IMG/VR virus record: IMGVR_UViG_3300028653_000011
Length of the DNA: 64,000 bases
From: a virus
Lineage: Duplodnaviria; Heunggongvirae; Uroviricota; Caudoviricetes
Reading direction: 5' to 3' (one strand)
Shown: one piece after another, positions 9,358 to 19,446 of the stretch
Layout of the letters: each line of letters begins with the position of its first letter
Position numbering within the stretch: position 1 is the stretch's first letter
The notes under the pieces: model-generated
Database searches by the model: none
Told to the model about the DNA's origin: nothing
Seen by the model: the letters and a program-made list of their open reading frames with translations, nothing else
Made by a program: the position numbers and the translations under genes

Positions 9358-10284
9358 ATGGTAGATCTCGAGGCGATTCGTCGCAAAGTCGCGCAGCTCA
9401 ACGGCGAGCGCAAGAATTCAAACGTCCAGCTGTGGAAGCCCGCCCCGGGCGAGTACAAGGTCAGGGGACTGCCGTGGAAGCCCGGCACCGCGACCGCTGA
9501 TTCCCCCTTCATTGAGCGCCAGTTCTACTACTTGGGCGATCAACCCCGGATCCTGGCCCCTCGCCAGTTCAACAAGCCCGATCCCATCAATTCGCTGATC
9601 ACCAAGCTGTTCCGCTCTGGCAACCCCGATGACCGCGAGAACGCCAAGAAGCTGATGCCCAAGATGGTCGCCTACATGCCCCTCATCGTCCGCGGTGAAG
9701 AGGACAAGGGCGTGCAGGTGTGGTCGCTCAACAAGCTCGTCTACAAGGACCTGCTGGCGCTGTTCACCAATACCGAACTGTCGGATGATGGCAGCCTCAT
9801 TGACTTTCTCGACCCGGTCGATGGCATTGATCTCAAGGTGACGATCACCAAGTCGCCCAAAAAGTTCAACGGGCGTGACGTGATGGACGTCAAGATCGGC
9901 GCCGTCCGCAAGCAGAGCAAGTTGTCGAACGACGACGCGCAGGCCAAGAAGTGGCTCGACAACCTCCCCAACGTCGACGACATGTTCCCGACCAAGACGA
10001 CGGCCGAGATTGAAGCGGCGCTCAACGCTTACCTGTCGGGTGATTCACCTGACGCTGACGGTTCAAGCCGTGGCACTAAACCTCAGGACGAACTCGACAA
10101 GTTGGCCGATGATGTCAAGGCCGAAGTCAAGGCGCCCGCGACCGAAGCAGCGAAGGCGCCAAAGGCAGCGCCCGCCGCGAAGAAGGCCCCTGCCAAGAAG
10201 GCCGAAGTTGATGACGACGCTCCCGCTGAAAAAGTGTCGCTCGATGATGCCTTTGCATCGTTGATCAACGACAACGACGAGTAA
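9358..10284 (+). CDS. Single-stranded DNA-binding protein (gp32-like)
   Basis: LWKP..GEYKVRGLP, LIVRGEEDKGVQVW, DPVDGIDLKV; acidic C-terminal tail; adjacent to recA. Confidence 0.7.
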   Translation: MVDLEAIRRKVAQLNGERKNSNVQLWKPAPGEYKVRGLPWKPGTATADSPFIERQFYYLGDQPRILAPRQFNKPDPINSLITKLFRSGNPDDRENAKKLMPKMVAYMPLIVRGEEDKGVQVWSLNKLVYKDLLALFTNTELSDDGSLIDFLDPVDGIDLKVTITKSPKKFNGRDVMDVKIGAVRKQSKLSNDDAQAKKWLDNLPNVDDMFPTKTTAEIEAALNAYLSGDSPDADGSSRGTKPQDELDKLADDVKAEVKAPATEAAKAPKAAPAAKKAPAKKAEVDDDAPAEKVSLDDAFASLINDNDE

Positions 10285-10315
10285 CAACAGATCGGCGAGG
10301 GTCCTTCCTCGCCTT

Positions 10316-10386
10316 GCGAGCCAGGTGTAAAGGTGCACAGTCGGCTACCCGCCGGCAGGGCTAGGTTCAATGCCTAGGGTTTCGCT
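10316..10386 (+). tRNA. tRNA-Gly-like element, anticodon ACC (non-canonical or pseudo)
   Basis: Cloverleaf with acceptor GCGAGCC/GGTTTCGC (one bulge), D-arm GTGT/GCAC, anticodon stem GTCGG/CCGGC with loop CTACCCG, T-arm CTAGG-TTCAATG-CCTAG, discriminator T and no encoded CCA. Confidence 0.6.
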
Positions 10387-10405
10387 CGAAGAAAGGCAGT
10401 GCCAT

Positions 10406-11602
10406 ATGGCGAAAAAAGTCGAGGCTCAAGATCCCAAAGCTAGCAGTGCTGACGTCGACGACTTCACGTCGCAATTGATCAAAGACATCAATAAGGAAAT
10501 GGGTCTTCGTGTGGCCTATAACCTCAATGAGGCTACGGCACCGACGATCGTCAAAAGGTGGATCCCGACTGGCTCACTTCAACTCGATTATGCGATCAGG
10601 AATTGTGCTGGCGGTGGTTATCCTGAAGGTCGCATCATTGAGATTGCAGGGACGCCGTCTGTCGGAAAGTCGCACTTGGCCTACCACGTCGCCGCCAACG
10701 TGCAGGCGATGGGCGGATTGGTCGTCTACATTGACACCGAGAACGCAACCCCCGTTGACAAGCTGAAACACATGGGGATTGACGTTCGTAAGCGTTTCGT
10801 GTATTGTGATGAGCATGCAACGGAGAACGTCTTCAAGATCATTGAATCGATCATCCTTAAGGCAAAGACGTTGCCCGCGACCAAGGACATCCCGATTGTC
10901 GTGATTTGGGATTCGATTGCTGCCACATCGCCGCTAGCCGAATTGAACGGTGAGTATGAGGACAATACCATAGGGTTGCAAGCACGCGTCATCAGTAAGG
11001 GGATGAGGAAGATCACTGGCGTCATAGGGCAAAACAATGTGACGTTGTTGTGCTTGAATCAGCTACGTGATGCCATAGGCGTGATCCATGGTGATCCTCA
11101 GGTGACACCCGGGGGAAAAGCAGTGCCATTTCATGCATCAGTTCGTATACGACTTAGCTCTGGCACGCAAGTCAAGGACAGCAAAGGCAACACGATCGGC
11201 ATCCACGTCATTGCCACAATCAAGAAGAACAAGGTTGCACCACCTTTTAGGAAGCATGAGTTCGACATCATCTTTGGTGTTGGGATCGTTGAACACGAGT
11301 ACATCTTTGATGAAGTCAGAGCATACTGTGCTGACAACAAGGTGTTTGCAGCGTCAGGTGACAAGCAAGTAGAGATCAAGATCTCTGGAGCGAGTTCATG
11401 GAAGGAACTTATTGTCAGCGATGCTAAGACTGGTGAGGTCATCCTCGAGAAGAAGTTCTATAAGAGTGACTTCGGTGACCTAATGAAGGACTCGCAGTAT
11501 AAACCATTCATTGATAAGGTGATCGAGGCAACTTACATGACTGTTTCTGGTGAGAAAGCCGAAGAAGGTGAGACGCCTGTTGACGATGAAGAGGCGGCCT
11601 GA
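10406..11602 (+). CDS. recA: RecA recombinase
   Basis: IPTGSLQLD, GRIIEIAGTPSVGKS, IDTEN, VIWDSIAA, GLQARVIS, NQLR, PGGKA, KNKVAPPF. Confidence 0.95.
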   Translation: MAKKVEAQDPKASSADVDDFTSQLIKDINKEMGLRVAYNLNEATAPTIVKRWIPTGSLQLDYAIRNCAGGGYPEGRIIEIAGTPSVGKSHLAYHVAANVQAMGGLVVYIDTENATPVDKLKHMGIDVRKRFVYCDEHATENVFKIIESIILKAKTLPATKDIPIVVIWDSIAATSPLAELNGEYEDNTIGLQARVISKGMRKITGVIGQNNVTLLCLNQLRDAIGVIHGDPQVTPGGKAVPFHASVRIRLSSGTQVKDSKGNTIGIHVIATIKKNKVAPPFRKHEFDIIFGVGIVEHEYIFDEVRAYCADNKVFAASGDKQVEIKISGASSWKELIVSDAKTGEVILEKKFYKSDFGDLMKDSQYKPFIDKVIEATYMTVSGEKAEEGETPVDDEEAA

Positions 11603-12402
11603 TGGTAGAGCGCATGGTGTGTCATCGAACCATGACGATGGTGACCAATACACATTTGAAGCGTCATGCACTGTCGGTCGACGAATACAGGAAGAAATTC
11701 CCGGGTGTCACACTAGGAAGCACGCCATGGCTTGAGACCTGGCGCAATAGTGAGAAGAACAAGCAATACGCTCGTGATCTACTGGTTCACATCGGCCAAG
11801 ATGAAGAGTTGCAAACGCGTCGGAAGGCTAGCGTAAAGACTGCGTGGAAGAATGTTGATCTACTCAAGCGCCACTCTGACACAATGAAATCAGTAGTTCT
11901 CATGAATGAAACATACGCAGCACACCTGAGAAACAAGCCAGTCACGGATCGCATGCGCATGTCGAACTTCGATAGGTGGGTGATCGATCATGGGTACTCC
12001 GAAGCTGTTATTCGTCAGCAGGAATGGCAGAAGAACAATGTACTGCCCACGTCGTCAAGGGACACGAAGATAGAACTTCGTGTGCGTGATCTACTAGATG
12101 AGTTGGGACACATGTATCTGACACAGTTTGCCGTGCTTCACTACAGGTGTGATGTGTATGTTCCCGCGTTGAACCTTATCATTGAAGCGAACGGTGATTA
12201 CTGGCACGCTAACCCAACAAAGCATGCACCAGACGATCTCATTGGTCCGTCACGCTCGTCAGCAGCGTCTATTTGGGAGCGTGATGTACATAGGGTACAT
12301 GCATTGAGAAACATGGGGTTCACCGTTCTTATGTTATGGGAGAGTGACATCAAGTCATTGAGTGCGGAGAGATTAATGGCGTTGATGAAGGAGTGTAACT
12401 GA
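11602..12402 (+). CDS. Endonuclease, DUF559/Vsr-like C-terminal domain (homing-type)
   Basis: TKIE...CDVY...IIEANGDYWH...GFTVLMLWESD. Confidence 0.7.
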   Translation: MVERMVCHRTMTMVTNTHLKRHALSVDEYRKKFPGVTLGSTPWLETWRNSEKNKQYARDLLVHIGQDEELQTRRKASVKTAWKNVDLLKRHSDTMKSVVLMNETYAAHLRNKPVTDRMRMSNFDRWVIDHGYSEAVIRQQEWQKNNVLPTSSRDTKIELRVRDLLDELGHMYLTQFAVLHYRCDVYVPALNLIIEANGDYWHANPTKHAPDDLIGPSRSSAASIWERDVHRVHALRNMGFTVLMLWESDIKSLSAERLMALMKECN

Positions 12403-12809
12403 TGGACACTCACGTGCAGTGGGCGATCTCTGCCGATGTTGAGGGCTTGGTCAAGGTGATCACCGATTGTAGAAAGCAGTTGATCGACATTGCCAAGCGT
12501 AAGCACAACAAGTCTCGCGTCACCGTCGTGGCGTGCGATGCCTATGCAGATCCCAAGGTCGTTGAATTGCTACGCCTGAGTGAGGCGTGGATCGGTGCTG
12601 ACCCACTACCCGCCGTCATCAACAAGCGGACGGGTGAGGAACAGGTTGAGTTGTCGGAGCGTGTCGCCACATTTGACTCCTTTCAACTGCACACCCACCC
12701 GATCATGGGTGAGCGCGACATCAGGTTGATCATGGAACTTGGAGTGGGTGACGACCGCGATCAGCTCTTTTTCGGCAATATTGCACTGACAGACGGAACG
12801 ACGCCATGA
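12402..12809 (+). CDS. Hypothetical protein
   Basis: Translationally coupled to neighbours. Confidence 0.5.
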   Translation: MDTHVQWAISADVEGLVKVITDCRKQLIDIAKRKHNKSRVTVVACDAYADPKVVELLRLSEAWIGADPLPAVINKRTGEEQVELSERVATFDSFQLHTHPIMGERDIRLIMELGVGDDRDQLFFGNIALTDGTTP

Positions 12810-13039
12810 AGAATGCACTGATCTTTCTGGAGCTATTGACCAAGCAGTTCCCGCCACTGGCCCGTCATGCCCACTCGTTGACCCTGCACCGTGGCAAGTT
12901 GATGGTGGCCTTGGTCAACACAGCGCCGTGTTCCACGTTCATCCTCAACGCTGCAGACCTGGAGCACGACCCTGCCAAACTGGTCAGGGAGATCGTGGGC
13001 CTGATGTCGAAAGAAGATCAACCGAAGCAGCCGGCCTGA
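12806..13039 (+). CDS. Hypothetical protein
   Basis: ATGA overlap with the upstream gene. Confidence 0.5.
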   Translation: MKNALIFLELLTKQFPPLARHAHSLTLHRGKLMVALVNTAPCSTFILNAADLEHDPAKLVREIVGLMSKEDQPKQPA

Positions 13040-13064
13040 ACTGTGTGCCCGTGAGGGGTACAGT
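13036..13064 (+). promoter_or_regulatory. Promoter CTGAAC-N17-TACAGT (leaderless)
   Basis: ATG 13072 lies 7 nt after the -10 element. Confidence 0.7.
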
Positions 13065-13071
13065 GATAGAC

Positions 13072-14046
13072 ATGTCAAGTGATCGTCCTATCCTGATTGT
13101 GGATGCAATGAATCTGTTCGTCAGGAGTTGGGCCGCTTATCCGACCATGTCGAGCCATGGATACCAGATGGGCGGTTGCATCGGCTTTCTGAAGACGTTG
13201 AAGCGCATTGTCAATGAAGTGCAGCCCCGGGCCGTCTATGTCTGTTGGGAGTCAGGAGGTAGCTCACGCCGTCGCAAGTTGTTCGCCGAATACAAGCTCA
13301 ACCGCAAACCTGGTAAGCTCAATCGCTTCTATGAAGACGACATTCCTGACACCGAAGAGAACAGGCGCCACCAACTCGAGGCACTGGTCTACATGTCAAA
13401 GTGTGCGCCCTTCTGCCAGTTATTCGTGCAGGACTGTGAGGGAGATGACCTCGTCGCCTACCTGTGTTGCGGGCCCCTGCGCGGCGACGACAAGGTCATC
13501 GTGTCGTCCGATAAGGACCTCTACCAGCTGCTCGACGATCGGACGAAGTTGTACAGCCTTCACAAGAAGACCTACGTCACTAAGGCCGATGTCATGGAGG
13601 AATTTAGAGTACAGTCAAAGCACTTCGCGTTGGCCAAGGCACTGTGCGGTGACAATGGTGACAACGTGCCTGGCATCAAGGGCTTGGGTTTCAAGACGGT
13701 GGCCAAGCTGTTCCCAATGTTGGGCCTCGATGATGACTTGTTGTTGCAGGACATCATCGACTACGCTCATACCCACGTCGATGAGTCGAAGATCTTTCAA
13801 CGCATCGTCGAACAAGCGGACGATGTGAGGCGCAATTGGAGACTAGTGTTCTTAGACGGCAGCATGTTGTCGGCGACACAGCAGGCGGCGATAGACCAGC
13901 GATTGCAGAACTTCGTGCCTAGGCCTGATAGGATTGGGTTGGTCAGGCGCCTCATCAATGAGGGCATCGGTGACTTTGCCGTTGAGGACTTTTTTGGTGC
14001 GTTCAATTGCATTGAGAACACGCAACACAAGACGGGAGACGAGTGA
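13072..14046 (+). CDS. 5'-3' exonuclease / flap endonuclease (T4 RNase H-like)
   Basis: ILIVDAMNLF, YKLNR, EGDD, IVSSDKDLYQL, GDNGDNVPGIKGLGFKT. Confidence 0.9.
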   Translation: MSSDRPILIVDAMNLFVRSWAAYPTMSSHGYQMGGCIGFLKTLKRIVNEVQPRAVYVCWESGGSSRRRKLFAEYKLNRKPGKLNRFYEDDIPDTEENRRHQLEALVYMSKCAPFCQLFVQDCEGDDLVAYLCCGPLRGDDKVIVSSDKDLYQLLDDRTKLYSLHKKTYVTKADVMEEFRVQSKHFALAKALCGDNGDNVPGIKGLGFKTVAKLFPMLGLDDDLLLQDIIDYAHTHVDESKIFQRIVEQADDVRRNWRLVFLDGSMLSATQQAAIDQRLQNFVPRPDRIGLVRRLINEGIGDFAVEDFFGAFNCIENTQHKTGDE

Positions 14047-15467
14047 TGGCGATAGCTTCGACAGTTTCATTCGGGACTTATGGGAAAGCGTTCCAAGAGA
14101 AGGTCATACAGGCCCTGCTCACCGACCGCCCGTGGGCCGAGCAGATGCAGGAAGTCATCGACACTTCGTACTTTGACCTACGCTACCTGACGTTCCTCGC
14201 CGAGCACTACTTCAACTACGCCAAGAAGTACAAGGTGTTTCCGTCGTTGCAACTGCTCATCACCATCATCCGTGACGAACTGAAGGTGGGCACTGACACC
14301 GTGCTCCGCGATCAGATCATCGAGTACTTGACGCGGATGCGCACCAGCCCCGACATGGGTGACCTGCAGTACGTCAAGGAAAAGTCGCTCGACTTCTGTC
14401 GTAAGCAGGCACTGAAGCAGGCGTTGGGTGAGGCCGTCGAACAGATGCAGGACGGCAAGTACGAGCAGATCGTCGAGGGCATCAAGAAGGCCGTCTGCGT
14501 GGGCACTACACCCGCCTTGGGCCATGACTTCTTTCAGGACTATGAGGCCCGCTTCACCCGGCTGCAGCGTAACTGCGTGGCCACGGGCCTCGACGAGCTC
14601 GACCGCAAGGACATCCTCAATGGAGGTTTGGGTGGTGGTGAACTCGGCGTCATTGTCGCTCCGACTGGGGTCGGCAAATCGCACTTCTTGACGTGGTTGG
14701 GTTGTCACGCGCTCCGTCGAGGCGTCGACGTGCTGCACTACACCTTCGAGCTGTCTGAGGCGGCGACGGGTCTACGTTACGACTCCAACCTCTGTGACAT
14801 TGACTCCAACACCGTCATCGAGAACAAGGACAAGGTCATCGAGACGTATCGGACGGCGAAGATGGGTCGGCTGATGATCAAGGAATTTCCTGCCAACACG
14901 GCGACGATCTACACTCTTCGTGCACACATGGAGCGGCTCGATCTCAAGGGCTTCAGCCCGGGCATGCTGATCATTGACTACGCCGACATCATGCGGTCAA
15001 CGCGTCAATACGACTCGCTGCGCCATGAACTGAAGTTGATCTATGAGGAATTACGTAGCTTCTCAATGGAGAAGAGGATCCCAGTATGGACCGCCAGTCA
15101 GAGCAATCGCGAAGGCAGCACGCAGGATGTCGTTGACCTCAATAACATGAGCGAAGCGTACGGGAAAGCGATGACTGCAGATGTTGTGTTGAGCCTGAGT
15201 CGGCGCACACACGAGAAGTCATCTGGTGAGGGGCGCCTCTGCGTGGCCAAGAACAGGTCGGGCAGAGATGGGCTGGTTTATCCGGTGCTGATTGACACCG
15301 CGCGGAGTAAGTTTGCCATAACGGGCGGAGTGATGGGCTTTCAAAAGGCGACTGACGACGATGAAAAGGAGAAGAAGCGACAGATCCGGGAGAAGTGGCT
15401 CGAACTCAAGCGAGAACCAGCATTCAATGAATCGCTCAAGCCCACTGCAACGCCGAGTGAAAGCTGA
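14043..15467 (+). CDS. Replicative DnaB-like helicase
   Basis: Walker A APTGVGKS, IIDYADIM, WTASQSNR, KNRSG. Confidence 0.9.
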   Translation: MMAIASTVSFGTYGKAFQEKVIQALLTDRPWAEQMQEVIDTSYFDLRYLTFLAEHYFNYAKKYKVFPSLQLLITIIRDELKVGTDTVLRDQIIEYLTRMRTSPDMGDLQYVKEKSLDFCRKQALKQALGEAVEQMQDGKYEQIVEGIKKAVCVGTTPALGHDFFQDYEARFTRLQRNCVATGLDELDRKDILNGGLGGGELGVIVAPTGVGKSHFLTWLGCHALRRGVDVLHYTFELSEAATGLRYDSNLCDIDSNTVIENKDKVIETYRTAKMGRLMIKEFPANTATIYTLRAHMERLDLKGFSPGMLIIDYADIMRSTRQYDSLRHELKLIYEELRSFSMEKRIPVWTASQSNREGSTQDVVDLNNMSEAYGKAMTADVVLSLSRRTHEKSSGEGRLCVAKNRSGRDGLVYPVLIDTARSKFAITGGVMGFQKATDDDEKEKKRQIREKWLELKREPAFNESLKPTATPSES

Positions 15468-15603
15468 TGCTGATCATCACCCGAACTTTGCGCAAACCCT
15501 AAACCCGGGCAAGTTGCGTGATAGTTATGACCCTGGTAACGTGTCATCGGGCACCGCAAGTTAGCCCCCTGATATTCCACTTGGTCTCACAGGAGAGGGC
15601 AAA

Positions 15604-18111
15604 TTGACGACGACGTACACCTATGATGAGGCGCGTGACGCCTCGCTTACTTACTTTGACGGCGATGAGCTGGCGTCTGACGTTTTCGTTGGCAAGTATG
15701 CGCTGCAGGACTTGAAGGGCACGCTGTTCGAGCGCACGCCCGATGACATGCACGCCCGCGCTGCCCGAGAGTTTGCTCGCATCGAGGCCAACTACGCGAA
15801 CCCACTGTCCAAGAGGGAGATTCAACGCCTGTTGTCATCGTGGGAAGTCGTCATGCAAGGCGGACCCATGTCGGCGATAGGCAACCCCTACCAGGTGCAG
15901 TCGTTGAGCAATTGCTTCGTCATTGAGTCACCCTATGACAGCTATGGCGGCATCATGAAGGCTGACCAGGAGCAGGTGCAGATCATGAAGCGCCGCGGCG
16001 GCGTGGGTTTTGACATGTCGACGATTCGTCCGCAAGGCCTACCTGCTGCGAACGCGGCCCGGACGACCGACGGCATTGGCATCTTCATGGAGCGATACAG
16101 CAACACCTGTCGCGAAGTGGCCCAAGGTGGCCGTCGTGGGGCACTGATGCTGACGATCAGCGTTCACCATCCCGAAGTACTGACCTTCGCCAACATCAAG
16201 CGCAACACCTTGAAGGTGACGGGTGCCAACGTGTCGGTGCGGGTGACCGACGACTTCATGAACGCCGTCATCAATGATAAACAGTACCAGCAGCGCTTTC
16301 CCGTCGACGGCCCACCCGGTAAATTGGTCACCGAGCAGTGGGTCAGCGCCCGCGAAGTGTGGTACAACATCATCGCGGCGATGCGTGACTGCAGCGAGCC
16401 CGGCATGCTATTCTGGGACACCGTGCAACGGATGGGCCCGGCAGATGCCTACGCACAGTTCGGCTATGGATCGGTGAGCACCAACCCGTGCGGCGAAATT
16501 CCCCTCTCGTGCTACGACAGTTGTCGGTTGATGCTGATGAACTTGTGGAAGTTTGTCCGTGAGCCCTTCACTCCTCGAGCCAAGTTTGACTTCGCCGCTT
16601 TCGAGGCATCGACTTACATAGCTCAACGGCTGATGGACGATCTCGTCGATCTGGAGCTCGAGGCCATCGATAGGATCTTGGCCAAGCTCGACGCTGACCC
16701 CGAACCCGCCGGTGTCAAACGCACTGAGGTCGAATTGTGGCACAAGATCAGGAACGCAGGCGCCAATGGCCGTCGCACTGGTCTGGGCATCACCGCACTG
16801 GGCGATTGCATCGCCGGCCTCAACATGCACTATGGCAGTGACGAGTCGATCGCGGTGACTGACGCCGTCTATCGGACGCTGGCACTGTCGAGCTATCGCT
16901 CGTCCGTCGCCATGGCCAAGGAACGCGGTGCCTTTCCGATCTTTTCTCATGACGTGGAACGGGGCAATCCATTCATCCAGCGCATCATGGCCGAGGATTA
17001 CTCCCTTCGTCGTGACTATGAACAATACGGCCGCCGCAACATCGCCAACACCACGACGGCCCCAGCAGGCAGCGTGTCGATCCTGACGCGGACAACGTCG
17101 GGCTGTGAGCCCGTGTTGTTCCTGAAGAGCCGTCGCAAGCGCAAGATCACCGCCGCTGACAAGCAGGCCCGCGTCGATGAGACCGATGCGTTGGGTGACC
17201 AGTGGCAGCACTATGACCTGTTTCATGCAGGGTTGACAGAGTGGATGCGAGTGACGGGCGAGACCGACATCACCAAGTCGCCCTACCACGGTGCGACGGT
17301 CGAGTCGATCGATCCCCTGAAGAAGATCGCCGTGCAGGCCGCTGCACAGAAGTGGATCTGTCACGCCATCAGCAATACCACTAACCTGCCCGAAGACGTC
17401 ACGGTGGGCAGCGTCGAGGCCCTGTGCCTCCGCGCGTGGGAGACTGGGTGCAAGGGCGTCACCATCTACCGCAAGAACAGCCGAGCCGCCGTCATCGTTG
17501 ATGAAGCGTCGGCAAACGCGGGAGGACAACCGCTGGTCGTCACCGAGACCCACGCGCCCAAGCGGCCCAAGGAACTGGAGTGCGACGTGCACCGGGTCGC
17601 CGTCAAGGGTGAGCAACACCTCGTCCTGGTGGGCCTGTTGAACGGCTCGCCTTATGAGATCTTCGCGGGCCTGTCGGAGCAGGTCGAGGTGCCCAAGAAG
17701 GCCAAGCGAGGCACCCTGATCAAGAACGGTAAGAAGGATGGGTTGGCCACCTACAACCTGCGCATTCCATTGGGTGATGATGACCAACTGTTATTGAGGG
17801 ACGTGGTGTCGCTGTTCGACAATGCACTGCACGGCGCCTTCACCCGGACGTTGAGCCTGGCGCTGCGTCACGGCGTGCCCGTCCAGTACCTGGTCGAACA
17901 ACTGCGCAAGGACAAGCACAGCGACATCACCTCGTTCAGCGCCGTCATCGCTCGGGTGTTGAAGGGCTACATTAAGGACGGTGCAGCGACGACGACTGAC
18001 AAGGCATGCCCCAACTGTGGCGGTGCAACGCTGGTCTACCAACAGGGATGTGTGCAGTGTGTGGGTGGCATGTTGCCCAATGGAACGGCGTGCACGTGGA
18101 GCAAGTGCTGA
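15604..18111 (+). CDS. nrdJ: Ribonucleotide reductase, class II (adenosylcobalamin-dependent)
   Basis: LSNCFV, GGVG, GRRGALM, TNPCGEIPL, APAGSVS, AISNTTNLP, C-terminal Zn ribbon; no NrdB gene adjacent. Confidence 0.85.
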   Translation: MTTTYTYDEARDASLTYFDGDELASDVFVGKYALQDLKGTLFERTPDDMHARAAREFARIEANYANPLSKREIQRLLSSWEVVMQGGPMSAIGNPYQVQSLSNCFVIESPYDSYGGIMKADQEQVQIMKRRGGVGFDMSTIRPQGLPAANAARTTDGIGIFMERYSNTCREVAQGGRRGALMLTISVHHPEVLTFANIKRNTLKVTGANVSVRVTDDFMNAVINDKQYQQRFPVDGPPGKLVTEQWVSAREVWYNIIAAMRDCSEPGMLFWDTVQRMGPADAYAQFGYGSVSTNPCGEIPLSCYDSCRLMLMNLWKFVREPFTPRAKFDFAAFEASTYIAQRLMDDLVDLELEAIDRILAKLDADPEPAGVKRTEVELWHKIRNAGANGRRTGLGITALGDCIAGLNMHYGSDESIAVTDAVYRTLALSSYRSSVAMAKERGAFPIFSHDVERGNPFIQRIMAEDYSLRRDYEQYGRRNIANTTTAPAGSVSILTRTTSGCEPVLFLKSRRKRKITAADKQARVDETDALGDQWQHYDLFHAGLTEWMRVTGETDITKSPYHGATVESIDPLKKIAVQAAAQKWICHAISNTTNLPEDVTVGSVEALCLRAWETGCKGVTIYRKNSRAAVIVDEASANAGGQPLVVTETHAPKRPKELECDVHRVAVKGEQHLVLVGLLNGSPYEIFAGLSEQVEVPKKAKRGTLIKNGKKDGLATYNLRIPLGDDDQLLLRDVVSLFDNALHGAFTRTLSLALRHGVPVQYLVEQLRKDKHSDITSFSAVIARVLKGYIKDGAATTTDKACPNCGGATLVYQQGCVQCVGGMLPNGTACTWSKC

Positions 18112-18118
18112 GCTGACC

Positions 18119-18138
18119 GATACTTATCGCTCAGGAGC
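18119..18138 (+). promoter_or_regulatory. Putative late promoter + SD (GATACTTATCGCTCAGGAGC)
   Basis: An identical 20-mer occurs at 33969-33988; both copies precede leader-peptide genes. Confidence 0.6.
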
Positions 18139-18144
18139 ACGCGC

Positions 18145-18513
18145 ATGAGGGTCAGTTACCGCGCACTGAAGAAGATCATCCGTGAAGTGGCGCTGTCGCC
18201 CTCCGTCTTCAAGAACAACCACGTGGTGCAGGATCCCATGGATCGGCCCAACATCGCGCAGGCACTGACGGCGTTGGAGCAGCCCTTCAAGACTGGGTTG
18301 GAGACCAACCTCGTCCTCGATGCCCGTGACAGCTACGACGAGGAGACGCGGGAGCTCGACGATGCCGAATACGCGAGGATCAAGGACGTGGCGGCGAAGG
18401 CGACTGAGTTGATGCTGGCTCGCGCCCACAAGGCGGTGCAGGCGTCGTGGGCCGAGGCGATGAAGGGCGTGGGCAGCGCCGACAAAGCAACCGTACAGAA
18501 GAAGGTGGCGTGA
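18145..18513 (+). CDS. Leader-motif protein (putative head/internal protein)
   Basis: MRVSYRALKKIIREV. Confidence 0.6.
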   Translation: MRVSYRALKKIIREVALSPSVFKNNHVVQDPMDRPNIAQALTALEQPFKTGLETNLVLDARDSYDEETRELDDAEYARIKDVAAKATELMLARAHKAVQASWAEAMKGVGSADKATVQKKVA

Positions 18514-18764
18514 TGGCAAAGGTAATCAAGCTAACGCAGGAGCAGCTCAGGAATCTCATCAAGGAAGGGATTAGTACCGGCGAAGTGCGTGCAATGACCC
18601 ATCACCTACAAGACATTAAACGCTCTCTTGGGCGGATGGGTGCTATTCAACAAGGCATTGGATATGGCAATACGACATCCGAGATCTCCAGTGCACTCGA
18701 TGCGCTTAAAAGTGCCATCGATGAAGTCGACGAAGTGCTCATTCAGGCACTCGGAGGTAAGTGA
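18513..18764 (+). CDS. Leader-motif protein
   Basis: MAKVIKLTQEQLRNLIKE; ATG overlaps the upstream stop. Confidence 0.6.
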   Translation: MAKVIKLTQEQLRNLIKEGISTGEVRAMTHHLQDIKRSLGRMGAIQQGIGYGNTTSEISSALDALKSAIDEVDEVLIQALGGK

Positions 18765-19108
18765 TGGTAAAGTTGTCAGTGAAACAACTGCGGAATCTCA
18801 TTCGTGAAGCCGGTGAAGGTCTGAAGACCCCTTCTCGGCACATGAGGTGGGGCACATGGATGGTTGCATGGGGCGTAGCGCTAGCCGATGCAGGTGTCAA
18901 CCAAGAGGATCTGCCGATCTTCGACGTCGTTGATGAGGACATGGGACAACTTGCTCTGGAGAAGATGTGGGGCGACTTCTTCGATAAGGGCAAGTCACCT
19001 GAAGAAGCCGTAGCACTGGCGATGGATCGTGATGCGTTCGCTGCTGACTATTACGATCCCTACATCGACGAATTCACTAGTGAACTTGAACACGCTGGGA
19101 GGCTGTGA
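18764..19108 (+). CDS. Leader-motif protein
   Basis: MVKLSVKQLRNLIRE. Confidence 0.6.
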   Translation: MVKLSVKQLRNLIREAGEGLKTPSRHMRWGTWMVAWGVALADAGVNQEDLPIFDVVDEDMGQLALEKMWGDFFDKGKSPEEAVALAMDRDAFAADYYDPYIDEFTSELEHAGRL

Positions 19109-19112
19109 TCCA

Positions 19113-19406
19113 TTGAAATCCACGGTGGGCCAGCTGCGCCGCATCCTCTTTGAAGAGGCACCTCCGCGCGTGCTGCACGAGGCCTACCTCAACGGCGTGC
19201 CCGAGTGGCAGCTCCGCCAAGATACCACCGACTACGTTGACCAGATCCGCGTCCGCATCAAGCAGTTCATCCTGCTGAACAAGAGCCAGAGCTCGTCAGA
19301 CCAGCGTGAGGCCATCAACGCCATGAACGACGTCTGTGATGAACTCGAGATGAAACTCTATGACCAACTGGAAAATAGTCTCTTCGACTTCACGCGGCGA
19401 GTTTGA
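19113..19406 (+). CDS. Leader-motif protein
   Basis: A TTG start gives MKSTVGQLRRILFEE. Confidence 0.55.
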   Translation: MKSTVGQLRRILFEEAPPRVLHEAYLNGVPEWQLRQDTTDYVDQIRVRIKQFILLNKSQSSSDQREAINAMNDVCDELEMKLYDQLENSLFDFTRRV

Positions 19407-19446
19407 GGTACGTTCATAATCGTCAGTGAACAGCCTAGTTATCAGT

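Noticed and set aside
15468-15603. Riboswitch-like leader upstream of nrdJ
   Set aside because: Only short scattered pairings and a TAGTTA motif; no recognisable cobalamin-riboswitch or NrdR-box consensus by eye. An Infernal search would be needed.
16408-17787. Long antisense ORFs (459 aa opposite nrdJ; also 44121-45413, 28256-29053, 54079-54894 and others)
   Set aside because: These are typical stop-poor shadow frames of GC3-biased genes, with no motifs, SD sites or promoters.
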